Made by a program: the position numbers and the translations under genes | Assembly (NCBI GenBank): GCA_028534125.1 | Contig: CM052818.1 | Span: 35,652,001 to 35,716,000, forward strand | Source: Lama glama | Taxonomy: Eukaryota | Direction: 5' to 3' | DNA length: 64,000 nucleotides | Notes under the pieces: generated by a model | The model's input: the letters and a program-made list of their open reading frames with translations, nothing else | What the model was told of the DNA's origin: nothing | Databases searched by the model: none | In this document: piece after piece, positions 35,832 to 49,600 of the stretch | Layout: every line of letters begins with the position of its first letter | Position numbering within the stretch: position 1 is the stretch's first letter

Positions 35832-38800
35832 TCCCTAAAATCAGGAACAAGGCAGTCAACGAAATTCATTCTCAGTACTTCTTTCACCTTTGTATCAGCT
35901 GTCCTAGCCATCGCAATAAAGCAAGAAAAAAAAAAAGTCATACAAATAGGAAAGAAATGAAACTGTATTTTCAGTTGATGTGATCATCTATGTGAAAAAT
36001 CCTAAGGAATCCACAAAAAAGCTGCTAGAAGTGAGTTTAACAAGTTTGAAAGTTATATGATTAATATTAAAAGATCTATTGTATTTTTATATACTAGCAA
36101 CAAACAACTGGAAATTGAAAAATAAAATCCACTTAAAGTATCATCCAAAACCATGAAATACTTAGAGCTAAATTTGACAAAATATCTGCAAGATGTAAAA
36201 ACTATAACACATCGCTGAAAAAAAAGAAGACCTAAATTATTGGAGAGATCACAGATAATAATTAATATTGTTAAGATTGGTATAGAGTCAGTTCAATCCA
36301 AATCAAAAATCCCGTCAGTCTTTTTTGTAGAAATTGAAAAGATGATTATAAAATTTTTATGGACACATAAATTAGAAAAACTAACTTTTTAAAATGTGAG
36401 GTGTTACACCACTTGATTATGAGATGTAAAGTTACAGTAATCAAGACTGTAGAATTAGCATAAGGACAGATACTTAGATCAGTGAATTTGAATTAAGTCC
36501 AGGAATTAACACACACATCTGTGATCAAATAATGTTCAACAAAGGTGCCAAGGAAATTCAGTGGAAAAAGGATAATCTTTCAACAAATGATGCTGGAATA
36601 ATCAGATATCTATATGGGGAAAAAGTCATAATTGGTATCTCACCCCACATATTAACTTGAAAAATTAACTTGAAATGGATCATAGTAAGATTTAAACTAT
36701 AAAACTTCTGGAATAAAGCACAGGAGAAAATCACTGTGATTTTCTTGGATTGGGCAAGATTTAATAAATGGAGGTAAGTTGAAGCTGTCAGCCTTGTTTT
36801 CCACATGCTGAAGCTGAAGAGGGAGGATTTAGGGACTTGCTAAGGAATGATAAAATAGAAACTTGTCTGCCTCCAAAGCCAGTGCTCTTTTCTTGGTGTC
36901 ACACGGCCTCCCGTTGTAGGGGCTGGAGGAGGACTTGGGGACAAGTGACTAGAGGTTTATCGGTGTCCCTAGGCACCAGGTGGCACTTTGCTGGGGGGAA
37001 GTCCTTGATAAGTACGGTACGGGCAGTTGGCTCCAGCAGCCACTGGCCTTGCCACAAGGGGCTTCCCAGTAAGAATTGGGCAGAGGCACAGGAGAGGGAC
37101 TAAGCCCTTCTGCTGGGAGCGGGGTCCTGGGGTGGAGCTGCACTGCCAGCCTTGCAGCCCAGTCAGCATACGGGGGACCCTGGGAGCGCTGACAGGCAGG
37201 TGGGGAGGACTGAGGAAGAACACTGTTGAGAGCTGTGTGGAGAAGGAACCTGACTTCACATCAGCATGAACCTTACAGGACAAGGCCGAGGGACACAGAG
37301 TCACATTTAAATAATAAAATGCAGCAATAAGTTTCTACTTCAGTCCAGCGGTTCCTGGTGGCCTGGAATCCCCAGTGCAGATTCCTGGCCCTCCTCAAAA
37401 TACAGTAAAGCAGAATGTCTGAGGGTGGAGCCTTGGAACAGGTTTGGGAGCCATTAGACCCACTTCCCAGGTAATGACAAGACGTATTAAAAGAGATGAG
37501 GAATAACACACACATTCCCCATTGGGAATAAAGTTCGGTAGTAATACTGGGAATTCATCACACTCCTAGTCGTGGTTGCAGACACTTACTGACACTTGCC
37601 ATGCACCCTGCACGGCGCTGTGCCAGGCGCTTTACACGCACAGTCCTCACGAGTTCTCAAACCCACCCCGAGGTAGGAACCATTTTTTCCTCATTTCACA
37701 GGAGAGAGCAAGCCTAGAGCAGCGGTGACCTGCCGAGGCCACAGCCAGCGGTAGTAGTTGGAATTCAAGCCCAGTTTCTAACTGCTGTGTTTTACTGTCC
37801 CCAGGTGTTTTCCTTACTGAGAGGTGGGGTGTTTGCATATATTTGGCGGAGAGGGGTTGGGCTGGGACAGATGGTCCTCTGGGGCCCGTGGAGGAAGGAT
37901 GCCACAGGAAGTGTGGCACCAGGCATGAGCTGGGACCCAGGTGCCCTTGTAGGCCGACCGCTGGTCATGCTGGTGCCGGGCTTCAGTCCTACACTCAGGC
38001 GGGGAGAAGATCTCGTGTCTTGTGTGTCAAAAGTGTAAGGCCGGTAAGTGGGAAAATGAGGCAAAAACCAAAGGGAAATATTTTAAAAGTCGGGAACTTC
38101 TCAGGAAGCCAGGGCGTGGTCTTAGACTCTCTTGGAAGCCTAGGGTATGTGTGTTCCCCGGTGAGACAGTCCCTGCTGGCGGATGTCCGGACCCTGAGGG
38201 AAGGGATGGACAGTGGTTCTCACCAGTGGACCAAGTATTTGAGAGGAAGAGGAAGAAAATCAGGGGCAAAGGAATAGGTAGACCAAGTGAGCCATGTGGC
38301 ATTGTTTGTAAACAGCTGTCAGATCAACCGTAAGAGGCCCTTTATGCCAGCAGCAATTACTCCGCAGAGCCCCAGTGACTGGAGGCTGGCAGGGAACCAC
38401 TCAGGATTGACTGCAGTCACTTTGCCAGCTGGACTGGTCCTCCCGTCTTCCTAGCACAAGGAGATGATGACTCTATGGGGAGAACCTGAACCAGCTCCAG
38501 TTTATGAAGAGCGTGCATCCTTCATATGTGTTGATTCTGCATGATGAGTGACCAAGGATTGGCTTGGCAGCATGGATGAGGGGGTGAGGAGGGGGCGTCT
38601 CCCTTCACTCCTGGTGGCTGTGATCCTGTGGTTCTGAATTCCTGCAGTTCACTGAGCAGAGCAAGAGGGCAGAGGACGAGGCCGTTGGATGCTGTGTCCA
38701 GATCTGGTTGGAAGGCCTTTGGAAGGTTTATCTTCCCAGCTGGCCCTTTGGGAGATCTGGTGGGAGGTGAGGCGTGTCCTGTAGAAACAGGTGCACAGGG

Positions 38801-40464
38801 CAGGTTCTCAGTGGACTCGTGGACAAGATATTGAGACTCTGGGGTGGGGCTGCCCACCATGCGGTGTTTACTGAGGGCCTTTCAAGTGCAAGGAGGGAGC
38901 TTCCCTGAAGAGGAATCTGTTTCTAAGGGTCCCTGGGTCTGCAGGTGGTTAGGGTGTTCCAAGTGAGCAGAAGGAGCAATAGAATTTTCAAATAGTGTTC
39001 ATTGTCTTTTCTTGCCTCTACACAAAGGGCTTCACTGCAGAAAGATGATGAGACAAAAAGAAGAAAACAGAAATCCGAAATCCCCCCTCCCCTACGTGAC
39101 AATAACCACTGTTGACATTTTGGTGTTTCTGGTCCTGCTCTTTTGATTTCATTTCTGCTCTGAAAATGAGATCAGAAGGTGCTGTGTATTTAAACTTTTT
39201 TTTCTCAATGATTTATCTTGCACTTGTTTTTTCTTCAAGAAACTAGAGGAGAAACACAAGAGTATGATCACTCAGGAGTGGGGTGTCAAGGAAGGCTCTG
39301 CGGAGGAGGCAGGGTTTGGTGAGAAGGGTGGAAGGTGGTAGGCGATGGTTTGGGGTTGGGGTGCCTCTCCCATTGTGGGATCCAGGGGTGTTTGCCTGAT
39401 GGACTTGAAGCCCCAGGATAACTATGACATCAGCGTTTCCATCCTTTCTCAGTCTGTCCACACCTCCTTCTTTTTCTCCCTTCATTCCCTCCCTCCCTCT
39501 TACCCACCTCCCTCCTCTCCTTCCTTCCCCCATTTATTCATTCCTTCACCCAGTAGTAGTTGAGCGCCTCTTATGTGCCAGGTGTTTGTCCAGTGCTTGG
39601 GACACAGTGGTGATTGGAACAGATTTTGTCCCTGCCCTTGTGGAGCGTATGATATAACAGACACGTCTGTTTTACTCAAAGGCAAACATTTTAAGACATT
39701 TAAAAATAGTAATACAAACGGATTTTTATGCAACAGAATGTGGAATCCACATACCCCAGCAAGGGAAGAGGCGGGCTTCCTCCCCACCTAATTTAGTGGA
39801 AAAGTTTGAGGGCGCTCGGAATGCGGGCTGTGACATATGCTGAGGTCAGAAGTGCCTGCTGGTGACAACATTGGGGACATTAGTGTGGCTAAAGCAGATG
39901 ACTTATATCAGGGGACTGTGGAAGGTATTTAGAAAAGGTTATGGGGCAGAGTGTGCAGGACCTTGAGCGCCAGAATGAGGGTTTTGAACTTTACCTTTTG
40001 GAAAAATGGCAGCTTGTTGAGGTGTTTTGAGCAGAAGGTGGAATTTGCAAAAAGCTAATTTTGGAAGATTAATGTGATACCAGGAGGTGGATTAGCAGGA
40101 GCACAGAGGGTCCAGGGAAGCGAGTCTGTATCCAGCCCTGAGAGAGGTGAGGGTTCGGGCCAGGTGATGGTAGGAGGAAGAAAGAAGAGGACAAGAAGAC
40201 TCAGAGGACCAGACAGGATGAATGACCCCTGGGGGGGGGGTGCCCAGTGACAGGGAGCGCAGGCTGGCGCTGGCTCAGATGGTCAGCAGAGGTTCACTGA
40301 GGACTGCTCGGGGCTGCGAGCTGTGTGCCAGTTACCTGAGGTGCACAGTCGGGTGAGCTGTGGTCCCAACCCTTGGCTGCAGAAATGGGACCTTCCCCTC
40401 GGGGCTGGTTGGGGTTGGCTGTGACAAGCATGGGTGTTCCCACTGACCCCAGCTATACATACAC

Positions 40465-40586
40465 GGAGTCGTTGGGAGCTTTGTAACAATGCCAGTGTCT
40501 GGGCCTCTGGTTTCACTGTTTTGGGGAGCTGCTGCGGCATAGCCCTCGGGTGATTCTAAGGTGCTTCCAGGGTTGGGAACCACTGA
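40465..40586. mobile_element. MER5-family DNA transposon fragment
   Basis: gggagctttgtaacaatgcc...ggtgattctaaggtgc...ccagggttgggaaccactg. Confidence 0.6.
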
Positions 40587-41207
40587 TGGAGGATGAGGGC
40601 AGCACACTCAGGTGACAGTAATTCAAGACAGTTGCGGCCGAAGAAATTTAGGAGTGGTGATAGTTTGCCGGGTCTTCAAATTCGAATTTGGAATTTGAAA
40701 GTCTTCATGTGTCATGGGACGAAGGCAGTCCATGGGGAGGACTGGGCCATGGCCGGCAGGTTCCTCCCAGACCAGGCTCTGATTGTGAGTATGTGCCACC
40801 TTTGCCAAGAGCTGGGAGATGGGGGACACTGGGTGAAAGGATTGAGACAATGAGAAGGAAACTTGGAAAGTGACTTAAAATCTGAATTCAAAACCAGGGA
40901 ACTGAACTAAATGCAGGACAAATGAAACAGCGTTAACTGATGGATATGGCTTTGAATGGAGGGGATGCTGGTCAGACAGGATAAGATGATGAGGAAGTGT
41001 GGTAACACAGGGTGAGGGTGCACCAAGGATCAGAAGATTATTAGAAAAGGAAAGAGAGTCAGTGGACAGAAGGGAAATAGGCAAGAAGCTTAGAGATGAC
41101 ATAGAGCAGTCACATGTTTATAGTTTGGTTTAAAGAACCAGGAAGTTTGGAGGATCTTGTATTGTTTTGATATTTATTACATCACCTAAGACAGTGATTG
41201 AATAAAA

Positions 41208-41330
41208 GAGAATCACCTGAGGGAGTGGGAAATGTAGATTCCTGGGTCTCAGCAGGCAGGGTGGGACCCAGGAATCTGCATTCTTAACCAGTTCCCCTCC
41301 GGATGCCAGTGCACCTGGCTCAGAAACTAG
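41208..41330. mobile_element. MER5A-like fragment
   Basis: agaatcacctga...aaatgtagattcctggg...gggacccaggaatctgcattcttaac. Confidence 0.65.
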
Positions 41331-42267
41331 AGAAGTAGCAACTGAGGAATAAGCATTGAAGGGTCGAGTCAGAACCAGTGGCTGAAAAAACACATCCGGA
41401 TGTCTCCAGGCAGGCTCGGAGAGGCTGCAGGAAAGAGGGCTGCTGAGTAATCCCTGAGAAGCACTAAGGGAGACAAGAGAGGGAATCGAATCCCCAAGGA
41501 GAAAGCTGTGATGCAGGAGAGGAGAGTGACGCTGGTTTCTGCAGCTGAGAGTCTGCAGAAAGTTTTACTCGCAAGATCTGAGTCATCATGAACTGAGTGG
41601 TAGGGAGTCCTTGGACTCCCAAGGGTTTGCTGTGTTTGTTCTCAGGGATGTCAGTGTTTTTTTGAAAATGGGGGATCCCTTTCTCATTTTCACATGCTCG
41701 GTTTGTGTGACGATCTTATTGTTGGAATTCTAAAAAGTCTTCTGTCTCCAGATGATGTGTTCCTCTGGGCTGGTACATTTGTTCTCAAGTTCAAAGACAA
41801 TTGCAGAAAGTCAGGATCTCTGCACTAAATGCAAGTCGGATGCTTAGAGGTGAGACACCAGAGCAGGCAGCATGAGGCAGGAACCCTTTCGCTCCCATAA
41901 GCGTATAGGTTATTACTTTTCGCCTTTCCTTCATTTAACATTGGCCCTCGGTTGGAAATTGGTGTATATTTCCTTTGCCATCCAGCATCCATATATTAAA
42001 ATGTATGTAAAATGATTGTGAGTGTGGTCACTATGTGTGAAAACCCACAGTTGAGTGCATCCAGCCCAAGGTTTGCTCCCTTCTGGGGACCTGTCCTCTT
42101 CTCCCTCAGAATCAATCTGTGCTTCCTCTGATTCCCGTAGCTCCTTTATCCCTGGTAAATTTGAGCTCTTGAGGTCCTTTTTGATTCTCTAGGACTCAGC
42201 ATGGGGTCCACCACTCAGTGAGAACTTAGGAGGGTTGAGTTAAAAAAAAAAAAGTCTCAGGGACTGG

Positions 42268-42325
42268 CAGGGAGGGTTCAATCCCTGGTACCTCCATTAA
42301 AAAAAAAATAAAGTAGGAAAAAAAA
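42268..42325 (+). mobile_element. Truncated camelid tRNA-derived SINE (Vic-1-like)
   Basis: B-box region gggttcaatccctggtacctcc followed by an A-rich tail. Confidence 0.6.
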
Positions 42326-43015
42326 CCCTGAAGCATTTACATGATTAAACCTTTTAAAATTGACTCCTTCAAGTGGAATGGGAATTATTTGGCCTGCAGA
42401 AAAAGACCAAGGTGACTGATGGGGTCACATCCGTACGAGGAGACAAAGTGCCGTGACCTGATGTCTTCTGTCTGCCGTGAAGCTGTAAGAGGAGACGGGG
42501 TTGGAGGTTGGGTTGATTAGCTTTGTGGTTCTCGATCATCCGGGCTAACAGACCCTTTAGAGAATCTGGTGGAAGCAGTGGACTTTGCTCCCAGAAAAGG
42601 GCAAAAACACAACTTTCCCCCTAATTTTAGGGATTCACTGACTTCCCCTAACCTGATCCACAGACTTTAAGCGACTCATCCCTTGGTCGGTAGAAAATGC
42701 CCACTGTGAGATGTTTATTCCTGCATCTCCTCCTCCAGGAAGACAGACCAGGTGGCGTTCTCTGGTCTTCATCATCTCTACCCCTGTGATTTGGGGCTTC
42801 CTTCCATGTCGACATATTTATCAAGCTCCTGTGTCCTTAGGTTCAACAAGTATCAGTAACATTTCCCTCTTAGCCCACAAGGTCTACAATTGATATAAGA
42901 ATAAATCTTCCAGTTCCACCTTTGTCTGCAGAATTCCTTGTTCTTCAATAAAAAAGCTTAGGAAAGTTTCATGTGAAGACTCAGGAATAAATAAGGAAGA
43001 AGGTATTGCCCTGGG

Positions 43016-43103
43016 CCAGGGTTTCTCACCCTCGGATCTGTTGACGTTTGGGGCCCGACAACTCTTTGTTGTGGGGATTGCCCTGTGCACTGTAGGATGT
43101 TGA
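43016..43103. mobile_element. MER20 fragment
   Basis: cagggtttctcaccctcgg...tgttgacgtttggggccc...ctctttgttgtgggga...ccctgtgcactgtaggatgtt. Confidence 0.75.
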
Positions 43104-43549
43104 ATTACTTATTTCTTATTTATCTATTGTTACCAGAATGTCAGCCCATGACTGCAGGGACTTTTTCTGCCTTAGTCACTGCTGAATGCCAAGCACATGC
43201 CTGGCACACGGTGGGCATTCACTAAATCTGTGACTTGGTAAATGGATGGATGGTTCTGTTTAGGGAATCAGAGAGGGGTGTTGGAGATAATCTTGAAATA
43301 GTAACAACAGCTAACAGTTTCTGAAGGGCCAGGTGTGTGCTGCATGCTTGACCTGGTTAAGTCAGGGCATCATTACAATACGTGGTCCTCCACTGGGTGA
43401 GGTGGGCTTGGGGCAGGATGTTCTGGTTAGAACTGTAGAGCCTTGAAATAGCACATCTTGTTAGAGGATTGGAGAGATGCCCGATGTGGCTGAAGTGAAG
43501 GGAGCCTGGTGGGCAGCGGCCAGATGTAAGATACAAGGGTGACACTGGA

Positions 43550-43660
43550 GCCCAACTGACAGGGCTTCCCTGTCCCACGTCTCTGGGGGAGCCATCCCAT
43601 CTGAGTCTGTGGAGTGGTGCCCCTAGGGTTGTGCAGTGCACAACTACAGAAGCTCCATCC
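43550..43660. mobile_element. MER91-like hAT fragment
   Basis: gtggagtggtgcccctagggttgtgcagtgcacaact motif. Confidence 0.55.
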
Positions 43661-46600
43661 AGGAGGTCGTGAAGGACCTTGTGTAACATGCCATGATGGC
43701 TGCATGGCTATCCTGGAAGTCGTCTTTGTTTTGGAAAAGCGTAAACATTGAATATATTTTAGCAGAGGCATGTCCTAACTATTAAACATGCAGGAAGCTT
43801 CTGGAGGTCCTTTTGTTTTGAGGCCTACGGTGGAAACTTGACAAATGCCCCGCTTGGAAGGGCGAGGCACAGAGCCCCGAGGCTTGCACCTTGCATTGTG
43901 TTGAGAAGGGTTGTATTTACTGGAGACCCCAATTGCCTCTTGGCACAGTGATGCTAGTGTTTGCTCTGGGGCAACGCAGAGTGTCACCCCACGGTCTGCA
44001 GACCTCACCCACGCAGATGCTCCAGGTCCTCACTGTGCTCCCTGGGGACCCCCAGCACCTTGGACTTCACCCAGCCTCTTCTGACCTTCATTACAACTCA
44101 GCAAAGGAGACAGTAATGCAGGGATAGGAACCTTGGGTTTGGGTTTGGATGGTGCAAGAAAGCAGCGGTGGACCTGCTCCAAGGCCACACATGCCTGGTT
44201 AGGCTGGCTTCTGATACTCAGTCCCTGGGCCAGGACAGAGATTGTGTTTTTGTTTGTTTGTTTTAATGTCTTGAAATTTAAACTCTGTGCTTATGTTTTA
44301 GAGGACAAAGAGGAAGGAGACCTGGGCACCAATTTCAGCATCTCTGGCAGAGCAGGGGCTCGTAATATACTTTCTCTGAGCTTCAAGGCTCCTCTTCTGC
44401 AAAATGAGAGTAAGAAAACTTTGCCTCTTGTGACAAACAAATAAGATAATGAAGGTGCAGTCTCTTGTAAAGCTTCATTACAGTATTAGTATTAGCTACT
44501 AATTTTCCTTCTCCTCTATGGAAGAAAAGAAGGGAAAAAAAGTCATGAAGAACATCTTTTGTGCCAAGCCCTCTGTTAGGTGGTGTTGCGTAGAATCTCT
44601 CTTAATCTTACCGGAACAGCCTTCAGGGTTATGGTGAGGGTGAGGAAGCCAAGTCTCTGAGAGGGTAAGTGACTTGCTCCAGGCCACACAGCCTGGTGGT
44701 GGTGGGCGAGGTCTCTGTGACTCTTCCTGCCAGGCATTCATCCAGCACTAGGCCCCTCCAAGGGTCTGCAGTGAGCGTGGCTGCACAGGTGGGGACCCCC
44801 AGGCACTGTGTGGTTTCCTTAGGTTGGGGAGGCTGGTTGCCTGCAGAGGTGCCTCCTCCCCTGCTCCTTCCTGCCCTCCAGCTCCTCAGAGTTTTTTCCA
44901 AAACATCTAAGGTTGTTTTAATGAACAGGGGCCTTTCCCCAGCAGCAGAGCATCACAAGTTCCCCAAGGGCAGCCGATGAGGACGTTGACACCTCAGAGC
45001 TGCTGCCTCTCCCTTGGTCTCTTCTCCCCAGTTTGGGGATGTTCTGGAATCTGCAGGCCAGCATGAGCTTCGAGGGTGAGGGCAGCCTAGGCACTGAGCC
45101 ATCAGCCTGCCTCTGATGGGGTGACTTCCATTTTAGAGCCCTGCTTAGAGCCTGTCCCTGTGGGCAGGAGACGGTGACTCATCAGATTTCCAAGAGGGAT
45201 GATTTTGTAAAGGAATTTTCTCACGGTCGCGTTTCTGAGCTGGGGTATCATAAACACGGATCCAGCTGTCGTGGCTTAGAGGCAGCGTTAGTCAGAATGT
45301 TTACCCACTGGGGAGATTCATTCATTTTATTCATTATTTTTAAAATCTTGTGTTTAAAAGGAAAAAAGAATCATTCTTTGGAGAGAAGACTGCTGCCCAG
45401 TCTAAAGGAGGCCACGGAGACACAGGGGCGACCTTGACAGCACCCCAGAGCAGGGCTTCTCAGCCTTGGGGGTGCGGCGGCATCACCCGGGGACTGAAGT
45501 CGACTGGTGTGGGCGGCCAGGTGGCGGTGCTGCTGCTGGCCCAGGGCCACACCAAGGAGATGGGTGAGGGTCTGTGCATCAGGGCTCCTGCTCGCTTTCA
45601 GAACAGGGGAGAGAAGCCGCTGCTCTCCAGATAGAGAGTGAAGAAGCCCTCCGGCCTCACTCGCTCACCCTCACTGGCTGGGGTATCAGAGCTCGTCTTT
45701 GCATTTCTGAGACCCCGTCTCTCTCTGGTGCGAGTGTGAAGCCGTCTAACCTCTCCCTGAGTGACTGCGACCCCCACACATGCCCACCTCTCTCTCACCC
45801 TGTGTGCTCTGCATTATACTCTGGACATTTCCCAGACTGTCCCCTGATCTGCTGTCCTGGGGTCTGTACTGTCCTGGGGGAGTGACCGAGCCTTGTTCCT
45901 CTCTGTTCTCAGGATGGTTGGCAAGGGTGGGGAGCAGCGGATGAGATGTTAATTAGAAGGCTGGGTCCCTGGGAGGTCCTGGGGGCCGGGAGGTTGGCTT
46001 TATGATGACTTCTTGTCTGCTGACCAGAGGCTGAAGGGGTCAGGTGAGTGGTGTGTCTGTGACGTGGCTTCGCTACCTGGTCCATCCAACCCAACAGCTC
46101 TTGGTTCCTGAGTCCCGGTGCCAGATGAGGCCTGGGGTGGGCTCTGGGGACACGGGCGAGGAGGACAGCAGTGCCCCATCTATTAGAGGGGACTGAACCG
46201 TGTGCGAGGAGCATGGGGGAGGGGTGGAGAAGGGAGGAAGGGGGATGGGAGGCTGAGCAGGGCTCTCAGGGAGGAAGAGGGGCTGCCAGGTGGGCCCAGG
46301 GTGGCTGGGGTGGGGTGGGGAGATATTTGTGCAGCAGTGGGTGCAAGGAAGGCAGCCCTGGAAGAAGAGATGAGTTCTGAAAAAAAACCTCTTCCCTCCC
46401 CGGGGTGGGAGCACCAGAAAATTAATCCCAGGCCAGCAGAGCTCAGGGCTCAGCTTGGAGAAGCCCATTTGTCATAGTCACGTGAGAGACACATTTCAGA
46501 TTTCTCTCTAGGGTTCAGGCTTTCCCTGGCAGCCAAAGATTTTCCTGGGTCTGCAGTTCTTAAACTGTAACAAGAGGCAGTACTAACTAATGTGTTAGAG

Positions 46601-49600
46601 AAATGACAGCCCCCACTTACCCATCACCGTGTCCTCCCCGGGACCTGGGCCTTCTCCAGCCAGCGGTGGGCTCCCGGGCTGAAGGATGGTGTCCTGGTCC
46701 CCATTGATTCCTCGGTGCCGGCGCTGTGCGTGGCTCACTGCTGAGGGAGCTCAACTCTTTTTTTTCAAACACGTTTTGAAGAGCACATCCCTTTTGCTAA
46801 GTGAGACACATTTACATTCATAAATATGAAACAGGAGTTGGAGGAATGTCAGAGACTAGAGCTAATGACCTCCCCATATGTATGGAAGTTGTAGAAATCT
46901 GCAGACATTCTACTTTGTTTCAGATTAAAAAGGTGAGCAGCTCACAATAAGTGCTTTAGGGCTGGTATCTTGGCGGAAATTTTAATTTTAGTTTATAAAA
47001 TGTCTAATATCCTTCCTGGGGAAAGATGAGTTATAGATGTGTAAATAAGCCGAGGGGTGCTTGTAGGGTAGGGTTTTGCATCATAGAATAAGAGATGAGT
47101 GCAGGAAGAAACCTCAGCCTCTAGTTTTGAGCCCTTGCTTAATCTCAGTTCCTTCTGTCAAATCGAAATCACATCACCTGCCTTGTGAAGATGAAGCCAG
47201 ATGAGGTGGGCAAAGTGCATGCCAGTGTCTAGGACGTCATGTTGTGATGTGACGTGATGTTACAGGTGAGGAAGCTGAGGCCACGTGCCAGCTGCTGCCC
47301 AAACCTTGCCCGCCCGCCGGTCCCCTAAGCTAGCTCGGCCACCATCACCCCAGGGGACTGTGTTGCAGGGCAGCTCCTCTGGCTCACTCTCGAACCTTCC
47401 TCCCCAGAGTGCACCCCAGCTTCCTTCGCTGGAGGTCTCCTTGGCTTGGCAGCATCACCCTTCGGGTCTGTGCCCTGGACTTAGAGGCTGAGGGGCCACC
47501 TGCCGGGCTTGGCTGAGCCTCTTGCCCTCTTCTGCCCGGCACTGGGGGGCAGCTGAGCTCCTCCAGGCCTCGAAGCCGAGGCAGAGTGAGAGAGGAGGAG
47601 TGGGCCAGGGCAGCTGCGCCCCTGAGGGCCCATTCTGCGCGTGAGGAAAGTTTAGAGAACTAGGGGAGCTCTGAGGGACCCACGGGCTGGGGCTGTTGGG
47701 AGAGTTGTCTGGAAACAGATTACTCCCTGGAAGACAGAAGGGAATTCCCTGGCATGGATGGCACCTGCAGGACCCCCGTGGCTCCAGGGCACGGCCCAGG
47801 TGCAGCTGTTTGCCTCCACATCCCTGCAGCCGAGAGCGCAGGTTAGGAAGGGGATAAGGTTTCTGTGACCTGGGCGCTCTGGCCAACCTGGAACTAACCT
47901 GCTGTCCTTCTTGCCAGCCTCCTTCCCCTGGCCTCCCTGGACCAGATTATCTCCAATCCCAGCCCAAGACAGTGTCAGGACTGAAGGGTGTTGGAGATGA
48001 GTCCATCCCTTAGCTCATGGATGATGAAACTGGGGCTCAGGGAAGTTATCTGACCTGGCAGGTCGCCAGGGCTTCTCTTGAATTTACTTTCCATATCGTC
48101 TGTACCTACAAGTGGAGCGCAAAAGTGGATTTTATTTTCAAATACCTGCAGCTCAAAGAGAGGGATGCTATCCTGCGTAGACGATCCCAAGGATGAACCG
48201 AACCTGAATCCCATTATACTCTTTATTCTCTGGCTTGAAGCTTTTCCGCTGGTGTTGCTCTCTGACGGTCTGCCTGCAGGTTTGGTTTTCTTAGGCGGAT
48301 TCCTGATGGGGAAGGACAACAGTAATTCCTGACGCAGGCTCAGCACTGGACATTTTACAGAGTCCCCCTCATCCATCCTCCTGAGGTGGTCAGGGAGGGC
48401 CTGTCCGGGGAGGGCAGGAAGACCCCTGAGTGTAGAGCTTTGTCCCCAGCCGTGTGACAGCCCAGGCTGGTTGTGGGCAGGGCAGAGGCAGGCCTGTGCC
48501 CCAAGTCAGCCTGCTTTGTCTGGAGCCCCTGGTTCAGCCGTGGACTCTGGCAGGTGTGGGGTCCAGACACGTGGCTCCTCTCTGCGCAGCTCTGCCCTTG
48601 CCCTCCAGGACCCCGGCCCCATCAGCCCGGAGACCCTTGGCCCAGTGACCCTTGGCCTGGTGGCCGCTGTATCTGGGCTTTGGCAGAGTGGCACTGCTGG
48701 GTGAGGATGGACAGGTACAGCCTGACCTTGTCCATCCACTTCCTGCACCATGAACTTAGGGGCTGGTGGGTTTCTAAGGCCACGTGGCCTCCACAGGATG
48801 GTGGCCTCTGGGCTATTGGAGGTTCCCGGACCTCAACCTAGACTGGCTTCGAGACCCAACAATCTGTGATTTGCTTTGACCCACTGAACATAAATTATGA
48901 ATTGGAAGCTTTTCAGATTATCAGGTGTTTAATAAGTGGCCTGATCATACTGATCAAGGTCATACTGATACTGACCACTCAGATGGCAGTGGGCAATCAT
49001 GGTCCAGAAGAAGGTGCAGGAGACGTCCCAGAGGACTTTGAAACTACCTGCCTGCCCCACAAATGGTGTAGGTGATCATAGCTACCCAGGCCCAAGAATA
49101 CAGCTGGTTTTAGTTGCTGGAACCAGACATCCAAGAAGCTTGTGAAATCTGCACCCGGTGACTTGATGACCAGCACCAAGACACACTTAACCTGCTAATA
49201 AACTATTTACTCCATGGCCCTTTGTTGAGTGCTTCCTGGGCTCAGGCTGGTGCCCACATACAGACTCTTCAGGAAGCTTCTGCTGGGGGTGGTGGGTCCT
49301 CATGATGAGCACAGACCAGCAGCGCTGATGAAACACAGAAACCGTCAGAGGGGATACAGCATTACCAAGAGTACCAGAAAATTAATGTCTGAATTAACTT
49401 CCTTTCTTGCCTCTTAAACTATCTTGTTTAAAAATCTAAAATCAACTTCCCTGTATTTTTCATCTACCCTAGAATTTATTCTGTCCCCCTGGGCCAATCT
49501 TTTCTCCCCTATGGTCAGAAACTAAGAATATCTGCCTCCCTTCCTGCCAACTTCTAACTTCTGCTCAAGAAAACCACACCCTTCAGAGAAGAGCTCTGTC

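Larger units (their letters stand above)
32640..36780 (+). mobile_element. Decayed ancient L1M, interrupted by Tigger1 and MER45 insertions
   Basis: A-rich + strand with L1 ORF1/ORF2 motifs (aaaatgaaggtgaaataaagac, ttcataatgataaaggagtcagttcatc, LKSGTRQ at ~35835, caaaggtgccaagga...atctttcaacaaatgatgctgg). Confidence 0.8.
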
